A stretch of DNA of 53,197 nucleotides from a virus: positions 1 to 53,197 of IMG/VR virus record IMGVR_UViG_3300009826_000006; one strand, written 5' to 3'. This document shows positions 24,945-32,813 of this stretch, one piece after another. The notes under the pieces are model-generated. The model ran no database searches, had not been told where the DNA came from, and was given only the letters and a program-made list of their open reading frames with translations. The number at the start of each line of letters is the position of its first letter. The first letter of the stretch is position 1. Position numbers and translations under genes: made by a program.

Positions 24945-25733
24945 CTACCCTCCTTCTATGCCTATCCCAGTTACTGTATTTGTAGACTGGTTCCAGCTTA
25001 ACTGGTAGCCAAATGTTTCAAGAATATCTCTTAAGCGTATTTCAAATTCGTTTCCAAGAAAGTCTTTAACAGTTACTAGCCATCGATTATCTACACGACG
25101 TGCCTGAATACTTGACCTGTGAGCTGACATGTCAAGAGTTACTAAAGGTAAAGAAGGCTTCGGAGCCATATTAATTTTTCTACCGCTAATTTCTTCAGCT
25201 ATAGCATGACATATTTCCTCGAAATGCTCGTTGTATAAAAATACATCCGTCACAGAATTTACAAAGCATATTTCAATAAGAATAGCAGTTGCAGTAGTAT
25301 TAGTTAAAAAGCTTAAATTATTACGGGCCCAAGCACCTTGTATAGTATGGCCATTATTTCTTAGTATAAGGCCAGATGCCTCAGAAATAGCCTTTGATAC
25401 GTTGCGTGCAAGCGTTCGCATAGCAGAATTGCCCGTACGGTATAGTGTCTCTACACCTATACCCGCTTTACGTGTGCCTCCGGCCACAGCATTAAAATGT
25501 ATAGACACATCCAAATCCCTAGCTTGGCTATTATGGTGCCTTACAATTGCACCTACATTATTAGACACTGTACGAGCATCGTTCTCATGAAAAGTATTTA
25601 CGCTTATACCATAAACACCTCTTAGTATGTCCGAGACTCTATCTGTAACGCGCCTTGCTTCATTTACTTCATCAATTAGCCCAACTGCACCGGGGACAAA
25701 CAGACCATGGCCGGATGAAATTACTATTCTCAT
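24945..25733 (-). CDS. N-acetylmuramoyl-L-alanine amidase (Amidase_3 type) endolysin with C-terminal wall-binding-like domain
   Basis: VISSGHG, DVSIHFNA, LIEICFVNS motifs; C-terminus resembles a copper amine oxidase N-terminal-like domain. Confidence 0.75.
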   Translation of the reverse strand: MRIVISSGHGLFVPGAVGLIDEVNEARRVTDRVSDILRGVYGISVNTFHENDARTVSNNVGAIVRHHNSQARDLDVSIHFNAVAGGTRKAGIGVETLYRTGNSAMRTLARNVSKAISEASGLILRNNGHTIQGAWARNNLSFLTNTTATAILIEICFVNSVTDVFLYNEHFEEICHAIAEEISGRKINMAPKPSLPLVTLDMSAHRSSIQARRVDNRWLVTVKDFLGNEFEIRLRDILETFGYQLSWNQSTNTVTGIGIEGG

Positions 25734-28363
25734 GTGTCACCTCGCGTCCTAGCAAGCTGTTCTACTCCTGCTTGATTTGATATGGTTTTCTCAAGGCTCT
25801 CAATTCGCGCGTCTTTTTCTTGTGCGTCTACAATTAGCAGTGTAAGCAGTTCCATCATATTTATTGAGACACGTTCGCCCACTTGTCTTTCGCTCATGAC
25901 TGGCTCTTGCTCAATCACAATTTTTTCTTCGTACACAGCATCAAGACCTGTGTCATCTGTGCGATTACCCAATTCATCAAATATGACGCCATCTGGCTGA
26001 ATTTTACTCAGCACTATTTCGATATGCTGGCTTTCTGTAAATTCTCCAGTCTCACATTCCTCCATAATAGGCACGTAAGAAATTAGGTTTACATCCTTAT
26101 TCTCTATGCCAAGAGTATCCATAGCTGCTTCGACATCTTGAGCAAAAAGGCCTATGTGCAGATTAGCGCCTACAGGCTCATCTTTGAAATTAAAAGCCTT
26201 GGGTTTTAGCAGTTTTAAAAGACCTTTAAGATTGCTAGGAATATTACTTTCATTTGTTTTTTCATTCGCGTCTGATGTTAAGGCCACGCCATTTGCAAAA
26301 ACAGTCCTAGAGGCGTGTACGTCTCGTACTCGTAATGCAGAAGTGCCTATATCCCATGTCGCAGTGACCATGGGTATCCAGCTTTTGTTTACCTGGCCAA
26401 GTGAGTCATTGTGCATGATACCGCTATTATAGGTGCGCAGGTTATTAACCGGGTTTACAGCCAAGCATGTGTTTCTTCTCACAAGGTGGATGCATCCTCG
26501 ACCAGCAGCCAAGCCTCCATCACGGTTATTGACACCTTCGTTTTGGTCGGAAAATATAAAGGCATTAAATTCTCCGGATATCCCAAGGCGTCTATTGGAT
26601 ATCAGATTCCTTAGGCACCAAATATCGGGTGTTTCCCTAACATATATGCCGTCGTGCGCCCCTGGGGCAGTACCAACAACTCTATTATCACAAATATGCA
26701 CGCGCGTATTACCCAAAACCTCAATGCCATGTGCCGTCGCAGTCGTTATATTGAAGCCGCGAAAATCTATAATTTCATTGTGATTATTTTCAATTATCAC
26801 ACGTGTAATATTGTGTGTGGCGGTAGCTGTAGATATATCTTGTACACCGGACGCATTGGCAGTGCGTATAGATAATCCTGCACCCCGGAAATTGCGTACT
26901 GCAAGAGTAGCATTTAATGTGCCAGGTCGAGCTAAGAATGTGATGTATCTAGTCAAATACAGCGGAAGCCCATCAATCGCCCGCTGCAATACTTCAATGT
27001 CCCATACCCTTATGGACGCTGCTCGCAACAATTCTTGGCCAAATCCATCTGGCGTTACACCAAAGCCACCTTCATTAGCTGTGTTAATGTGGAGATGTCT
27101 GATTAAAATATTTGTCCAAAGACCATCCGCTCTTAAGAGGAAATCGCCTCCTCGCCTCGCGCTGTATGCGTAATTGCAATTATTGCCGGAATTAGCAAAT
27201 CCGACAAATTTTCCTACGGATGTTCTTATCCCGATATTTAGATTTTCAAAGTAGTTATTATTGGCATAGACGTCGGATACTCCGTCACCAACTTCAATGC
27301 CGGTGCCACTTACCGTGCCGCTTGTATTTATAAAGTGATTATTTTGTATATGCACGTTTAAGCTACGGGCTGCGCTCACTCCTAATGTGTGCGTGCATCT
27401 AAAGTTCATAATTCGCAGATAATCGCCCATGTGTGAAGCACGTACGATAAATCCGCCAACAGTATGAGAGCCAGTTCTTGCCGCCGCCGCAGATTCAGCA
27501 CCAATTATGTCCAGTATGCCAGGGCCCCAAAAGTCACGGACGTCCATTATATCGTCGGTTACTCCAGGTAGCATATAAATGCGTGTACGGTATAGCACAA
27601 GCTTGGGCATATCTAGCAAATACTGCCTCATTTTATGGGGCTCAACATAGTGGTCTGTCCAGGGAGGCGCATTGCTGATTTCGCTAGATGCAGAGGTCAC
27701 TCCAATGGGCACCGGATACCACTGTTCAAAATGCCATTTGTCATTATCTAGCTTTTTTGCCGACCGCTCGTGCTGGAACCATAAATCGGATGTTGCATAT
27801 CTTTGAATTAGCGCATCACTTCCCAGCGCGACTATTTCCAGGCTAAACCTCCTTGGTTCTTCATCCGGTCGTAGCGGAGGCATGTGGGGCTGGTTGGCTA
27901 TGCTTTCTGCAATTTCTGATACTGCAAAGTAACGCCCTAGCTTAATGATTAGATTTAAGTCCGAGTTCTCAGGTATAGAGGTACCTGTAAACATATTACT
28001 AATATGAGTTAGATTATCAGTAGTGTCTTTTGTATTTAGATCTAAAGCTCTTACATTATCTTCGATGTCAGTAAATCTAATCTCAGGAATAGTGTTTGAA
28101 ATGGTACTTCCTGCGTTCCATTGCCTGTTCTCATTAGGTCTTTGAACTCCTCTTACTACATCAGTAAGCGTATTTCCTACTGTATTACGATATTCTATAG
28201 TTTCACCTGACTCATCTGTACCTATAGTAGCGTAGGCTGGAGCTGGAGCTAACATAGATATATCTTCTACATGTATTTCAGTAGCTTCTGAACTTATAGG
28301 TTGTACTAACTCAGTTGAGGTACTATAAGGCATTCCATTATGCATTGGTTTTAAGATTCTCAA
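25730..28363 (-). CDS. receptor-binding tail fibre/spike: beta-helix-like central region plus C-terminal S74-type intramolecular chaperone
   Basis: repetitive N/G-rich beta-helix-like segments; C-terminal LTSDANEK...HIGLFAQDVEAAMD matches the chaperone domain signature; start ambiguous (GTG 28372, TTG 28363 or ATG 28345). Confidence 0.7.
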   Translation of the reverse strand: MRILKPMHNGMPYSTSTELVQPISSEATEIHVEDISMLAPAPAYATIGTDESGETIEYRNTVGNTLTDVVRGVQRPNENRQWNAGSTISNTIPEIRFTDIEDNVRALDLNTKDTTDNLTHISNMFTGTSIPENSDLNLIIKLGRYFAVSEIAESIANQPHMPPLRPDEEPRRFSLEIVALGSDALIQRYATSDLWFQHERSAKKLDNDKWHFEQWYPVPIGVTSASSEISNAPPWTDHYVEPHKMRQYLLDMPKLVLYRTRIYMLPGVTDDIMDVRDFWGPGILDIIGAESAAAARTGSHTVGGFIVRASHMGDYLRIMNFRCTHTLGVSAARSLNVHIQNNHFINTSGTVSGTGIEVGDGVSDVYANNNYFENLNIGIRTSVGKFVGFANSGNNCNYAYSARRGGDFLLRADGLWTNILIRHLHINTANEGGFGVTPDGFGQELLRAASIRVWDIEVLQRAIDGLPLYLTRYITFLARPGTLNATLAVRNFRGAGLSIRTANASGVQDISTATATHNITRVIIENNHNEIIDFRGFNITTATAHGIEVLGNTRVHICDNRVVGTAPGAHDGIYVRETPDIWCLRNLISNRRLGISGEFNAFIFSDQNEGVNNRDGGLAAGRGCIHLVRRNTCLAVNPVNNLRTYNSGIMHNDSLGQVNKSWIPMVTATWDIGTSALRVRDVHASRTVFANGVALTSDANEKTNESNIPSNLKGLLKLLKPKAFNFKDEPVGANLHIGLFAQDVEAAMDTLGIENKDVNLISYVPIMEECETGEFTESQHIEIVLSKIQPDGVIFDELGNRTDDTGLDAVYEEKIVIEQEPVMSERQVGERVSINMMELLTLLIVDAQEKDARIESLEKTISNQAGVEQLARTRGDT

Positions 28364-28547
28364 AAGTAACACCTCCTAACTCCGTAGTTAGCACTCTTTT
28401 ACTACCTGTATCCGTTTGATAGTGGAGCGTAATCAAATTTTTAGACGTATCACTATTGCATCTGTCAACAGATACTTGTAAGGACACTACATTAGGTACT
28501 TCTACTCCGTCTACATATACCTTGAATGGTAGGCTAAAGTCAATCAT
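28338..28547 (-). CDS. hypothetical small virion-module protein (69 aa)
   Basis: GAGGAGGTG SD. Confidence 0.6.
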   Translation of the reverse strand: MIDFSLPFKVYVDGVEVPNVVSLQVSVDRCNSDTSKNLITLHYQTDTGSKRVLTTELGGVTFENLKTNA

Positions 28548-28560
28548 ATTATCACCTCCT

Positions 28561-30759
28561 CTATAATGCTCTGTCTCCCCTAGAATTCACAAAACCTTTT
28601 ACAGCAGCCATAACTCTTATATTAGAAGGTAAGTTAGGCCTTATTTCTATGCGATGATACGTACCTCTTGAAAGTCTACCTTGAGCATTTAGTAGCCAAT
28701 CCGTAATATCTCTGTTTAGTCGTGTACTAGTTATAGTTTGTCTCAACTGGCCATTTACTATAACGTCAAAGCGAGTAGGTTGTTCTCGCCATGCAGCCAT
28801 GTTAGGTACCATAGTATGTGAATGACTAGGTAATACAATACTGTGTGTATGGGACATATCATGCGTATGTGCCATATTATGATTATGTGCTATATTATGT
28901 GTATGTGCCATTCCGTGAGTGTGTGACATATTATGAGTGTGCGACATACCATGGGAATGATTACCTCCTAAGTGCGTGTGTTCCATATTATGTGTATGAT
29001 TCCCAATTGTATGAGTGTGTGCCATACCATGAGTATGTGCAGGCATTCTGGGATATGCTGAAATCATATGACTATGACTAGTTGGACTGATAGTAGTAGA
29101 TGCAGTAGCCGTTCCGCTGACATTAGTAGTTGCTGATAACGTAGTAGCAGTTATTGAATCAGGCACTGCGCCACCCGCAAGTATCCAAGTGCCTGCAATT
29201 GCAGGAGAGCTAACTGTCGTAGCTGTTGATGAGCTGCTACTAGTAGTAGCACCACCAGATGAAGTTGTTGTGCTTGTCGAAGCACCTCCTGAAACTACAC
29301 CTCCTCCTGTAGTAGTGTCAACACTTGAGGCGCCACTGGTTGCAGTAGAAGAAGCGCCGCTCGTAGTTGCAGAAGAAGCACCTGAGGAAGTTGCAGAAGA
29401 CGGTCCACTTGTTGTTGTGGAAGAAGGTCCAGAGGTATTTCTTGACGAGGCTCCGGACGTATCAGAGCGACTACCTCCTCCTTCAGTCGCTTGAGAATCT
29501 ATTCTGAACCTACCCATAAACACATCAAGTTCAATAAAATTAATAATGTTCAGTCCAGGTGGTATGAACAGTTCCATTCGTAGCGGATTGTTAAAATCAC
29601 AGTTACCATTTTCACTTTCAGTAAAGAATGTAGTTGCACCTTGTGCGTAAGCCATCTCTATACGCTGACGGTCTTTTGCATTAGCTATGGAGCCCACTAT
29701 ATCTCTTGATTGATTAGCTAACGTTACATTTATTACTTGCTCTTCGTCGTGATTATATTCTATTCCTACTATATAAGTATTATAGTTAAAATCAGGTAAT
29801 GTTACCATTCTACCTAATGAGGGCCTAAATCTTTGACTTGCATCTAGTGCAGCAAAATTAATTTCCCACTCCTCATAAGGATGTTCCAATGCTCTTAGTA
29901 GTGCAGTAGCTGCATCACGTAGACTTTGTTCATCCGTATATCTGCGGTCAATAAAAGGTCTCTCAATTATTCCATACTCTTCAACTATATTAGGCGAAGA
30001 TTGTATAAATGGTATATTATTATTTACTCTTCTAATATTTACCTGATTTATACCTTCTCCTTGTCCTAGAGGATATATACGAGTACACATAGTTGTAGGG
30101 TCAGAATTTCTTACTAGCTTAACAAGATTACGACCAATCATTATAGGTAATGCAGTTCGTACGTCTGTACTTAGTCTACGCAAATTTAGCACGTAAGGAT
30201 ATATATTGGTGTTAAAATCGAACATCCAGTCTTCCGTAAAAGGATTACCTATTGACCATAAGGCGTGTAGTATCTGCTCTTGCTCCCAGCCGTACTCAAA
30301 GTTACGATTTATCTCACATGTACCGAGTACCCAATCAGTGCGTTTAGTATTATCAGCTCGCCAAACTGCTGGGAAAGCCCAAGGGTCAAAAGTCATGCTT
30401 TGACGTGCTAATAACCACCTAATTACGTTGGTAGTATTGTTAGCGGCACCTATGCCTCCCATTACGTGCCAGCCAAACATAAGGTGGTCCAATAGTGTTG
30501 CTATTACATGCTCACACTCGTAACGCACTGTACCTAACTCATCCACAGTTTCTTCTTTAGGCATAATTCTATACACTTGACCATTAGCATAATTAACAGT
30601 ATTAAAAGGTTGGCACAAATGGTTTTTAGTATCGTCAGCAGGTAATGAAAAACTAAAGGAGCTAATAGAATTAAGTTTTACGTTTTCGTGTATATTAAAA
30701 GCATTCTGCAAGATACCTAAAGGACGTCTAGTAGGGCTATATACTGTTAGTCTATTCAT
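28561..30759 (-). CDS. tail tip protein (Tal-like N-terminal domain) with Ser/Thr-rich linker and a 13x HxH array
   Basis: N-terminus resembles the phage minor structural / prophage tail endopeptidase family; low-complexity TSGASS repeats; HTH/HSH/HNH repeats. Confidence 0.7.
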   Translation of the reverse strand: MNRLTVYSPTRRPLGILQNAFNIHENVKLNSISSFSFSLPADDTKNHLCQPFNTVNYANGQVYRIMPKEETVDELGTVRYECEHVIATLLDHLMFGWHVMGGIGAANNTTNVIRWLLARQSMTFDPWAFPAVWRADNTKRTDWVLGTCEINRNFEYGWEQEQILHALWSIGNPFTEDWMFDFNTNIYPYVLNLRRLSTDVRTALPIMIGRNLVKLVRNSDPTTMCTRIYPLGQGEGINQVNIRRVNNNIPFIQSSPNIVEEYGIIERPFIDRRYTDEQSLRDAATALLRALEHPYEEWEINFAALDASQRFRPSLGRMVTLPDFNYNTYIVGIEYNHDEEQVINVTLANQSRDIVGSIANAKDRQRIEMAYAQGATTFFTESENGNCDFNNPLRMELFIPPGLNIINFIELDVFMGRFRIDSQATEGGGSRSDTSGASSRNTSGPSSTTTSGPSSATSSGASSATTSGASSTATSGASSVDTTTGGGVVSGGASTSTTTSSGGATTSSSSSTATTVSSPAIAGTWILAGGAVPDSITATTLSATTNVSGTATASTTISPTSHSHMISAYPRMPAHTHGMAHTHTIGNHTHNMEHTHLGGNHSHGMSHTHNMSHTHGMAHTHNIAHNHNMAHTHDMSHTHSIVLPSHSHTMVPNMAAWREQPTRFDVIVNGQLRQTITSTRLNRDITDWLLNAQGRLSRGTYHRIEIRPNLPSNIRVMAAVKGFVNSRGDRAL

Positions 30760-30762
30760 ATA

Positions 30763-31464
30763 CTATATAAACCTTGCATCATATACAAGTTCCCCTTCTA
30801 TTAAAGTTCCGGCTTGTGCGGATAATACTAATTGCCTTGTGTTTCTATTTAGCATAATCCACTCACCTGAGAATGTCCAAAAGATATCCTCGGTACCTCT
30901 AATGACACTAAAATTTTCCGAATCAATTCGTATTTCTCCACCTGGAGGAATTATAGTATTGATAGTAAAGCTGGCTTGGCGTTTCATACCCATCGAAACA
31001 AAGGCATAGACTACATCAACGCTATGAAAGTTTAAAGGTATAAGTTGTCCAATAGTAACACTTGAATCTATATCTGAGCTCATATTTAAAGTTTCAATAT
31101 GCATAAGCATACCTACATGTATCTTAGGCATTAACTTACTACTAAAGATTAGAGTAGAATCTATATAAGCAAAGATACTTACTAAGGACGATACATAGTC
31201 TTTAGTAATGAGATGCATATGAATAAACAATATCGGAGTAACTTTTGAAGTAAGTCTATCTGCACTTACGAATTCTAGAGGTAGTAGTATACGCATATTT
31301 ACTTTAGAGTTAACACGAGAATTAGCTCTAAATAGTAGGGGCATATATGTACGTGCACCTACCACTGCAATAATTTCGCTGTGAGCACTAAAGTCAAGAT
31401 AAATATATTTTATGCGTGCTGTAGGGCTATTATACTTCGCTATATTATACTTTGCTGTACTCAT
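30763..31464 (-). CDS. baseplate-module protein; C-terminus Dit-like
   Basis: position; C-terminal IIPPGGEIRIDSENFSVIRG...LVYDARFI resembles the ends of distal tail proteins. Confidence 0.5.
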   Translation of the reverse strand: MSTAKYNIAKYNSPTARIKYIYLDFSAHSEIIAVVGARTYMPLLFRANSRVNSKVNMRILLPLEFVSADRLTSKVTPILFIHMHLITKDYVSSLVSIFAYIDSTLIFSSKLMPKIHVGMLMHIETLNMSSDIDSSVTIGQLIPLNFHSVDVVYAFVSMGMKRQASFTINTIIPPGGEIRIDSENFSVIRGTEDIFWTFSGEWIMLNRNTRQLVLSAQAGTLIEGELVYDARFI

Positions 31465-32250
31465 CTAATTTAAGGATATCCTTATATTACCTGGATTGTG
31501 TATAGGAACATGATTAGGTGCAATAATTTCTGGTACTGCAAACTGTACCTTAACTATTGCCTGACCGCCTACTTGCGAGTCCATTATAGCAGCCCAAGCT
31601 TTATTTCCCCAAGTAGTAGTAGGCCTAGGAAACTGTACTTCGTTAGTGTTAGCTATTTCGGTAAATCCTGCTGGTTGAATAGAAGGCGTATTAAATATTA
31701 TATTAGGTCTACTATAAGTTGGACCAGATAATTCTGAACCTCCTGCTTCAGGATCGCCGTCAAATAGTGCCATATGAGGGGAGATACCTAACATGTTTAA
31801 ACCTCTACATATATTTAAAAATCTGGTTTTAAACTCAACAGTAGTTGCCCCAGAATGTATAAACATAATATCGCCTTGTGCTATAGATGGCTGTCTACCT
31901 GCACGTATATCCAAAGGTATAGTAAGCTCACCTCTAAGTAACATATTTCCAGAACCGACTACACCGGAATCTAGAATGCCTATAAAGCGCGCTTGTCCTA
32001 CATCAGCAGTGCTCTCTGACCACAATATATCTCCTACATTACGCACAGCAATACCTCCGCCTTCTGCAAATGGAGGAGTTAATACTAATGGTTGCCGCGA
32101 GTATTCTGGGTACTGTAATTCTATACCTCCTTGACCTGTGTCGCCAGGATCGGTAGCATACAAAGCTACAAATATGTTAGGTATACCTACGGCAGTAATA
32201 CCATTAAAAGTGTTGAGACCTAAAGCCTCGTAAAAATGTGTTGCTACCAT
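31465..32250 (-). CDS. virion protein with an internal tandem duplication
   Basis: two similar halves (ALYATDPGDTGQGGIELQYPEYSRQP... / ALFDGDPEAGGSELSGPTYSRPN...). Confidence 0.55.
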   Translation of the reverse strand: MVATHFYEALGLNTFNGITAVGIPNIFVALYATDPGDTGQGGIELQYPEYSRQPLVLTPPFAEGGGIAVRNVGDILWSESTADVGQARFIGILDSGVVGSGNMLLRGELTIPLDIRAGRQPSIAQGDIMFIHSGATTVEFKTRFLNICRGLNMLGISPHMALFDGDPEAGGSELSGPTYSRPNIIFNTPSIQPAGFTEIANTNEVQFPRPTTTWGNKAWAAIMDSQVGGQAIVKVQFAVPEIIAPNHVPIHNPGNIRISLN

Positions 32251-32261
32251 ATACTTTCCCC

Positions 32262-32813
32262 CTAATCTGAAATACGTTCTATACTAGTAACTGTTGGATT
32301 TACTATATTGTGATTATTAACATTGCGTAATACTATCAAGGTAGGTGCTTCAGCTGTGCCTGTATAGTCAATATAATTTATACCTCTATGAAGTCTAACA
32401 CGATTCTGTTCACCATAGGCAAAAGGTTCAGCAATAAAAGGTAACGTAAATTCTCTACGCACTTCGCTAGGAAAAACATCAACATCTACTTCAGCAAATA
32501 ATTCTGCTATATAATACTTATCAGGTTCGTCCCAGAAAAATAATCGCATAGGACGTACAAGTATAGCAATAATTTCACGTAACTCTGCTTTGGGTAGATG
32601 CCTAGTTAAATGGCAGTCAACTTCAATAGTTTTATCTGAGAAGTAACTTTGTCCTGATAATTTTCTAGTACCGTGTTGAAAAGGTAGCTGTTTACGTCTA
32701 GGTCTTTTAGGTGCAGAAAATGTATCGTAGCTTATAATCTTCATACCCCACATTTCGTAGCAGTTGTGGAGCCTGCTATTTATATTAAAACTATTAGGAG
32801 GCATCTCAACCAT
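32262..32813 (-). CDS. distal tail protein (Dit) N-terminal-like protein; start moved to ATG 32813
   Basis: LFFWDEPDKYYIAEL...FIAEPFAYGE and YTGTAEAPTLIVL patterns; immediately after the tape measure. Confidence 0.55.
   Translation of the reverse strand: MVEMPPNSFNINSRLHNCYEMWGMKIISYDTFSAPKRPRRKQLPFQHGTRKLSGQSYFSDKTIEVDCHLTRHLPKAELREIIAILVRPMRLFFWDEPDKYYIAELFAEVDVDVFPSEVRREFTLPFIAEPFAYGEQNRVRLHRGINYIDYTGTAEAPTLIVLRNVNNHNIVNPTVTSIERISD

Noticed and set aside
25782-27678. Nine plus-strand ORFs (60-120 aa) nested inside the minus-strand receptor-binding protein gene. Similar nested antisense or alternate-frame ORFs lie inside other long genes, for example 116..361, 4058..4933, 7575..7979, 14232..14603, 17207..18270, 33725..36856 and 41231..41601.
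   Set aside because: They have no SD sites and lie entirely within long, well-supported genes. Their composition mirrors the opposite strand, so they are spurious.
28845-29494. Plus-strand ORFs 28845..29081 and 29189..29494
   Set aside because: They are mirror images of the HxH and Ser/Thr low-complexity coding arrays on the minus strand, not independent genes.
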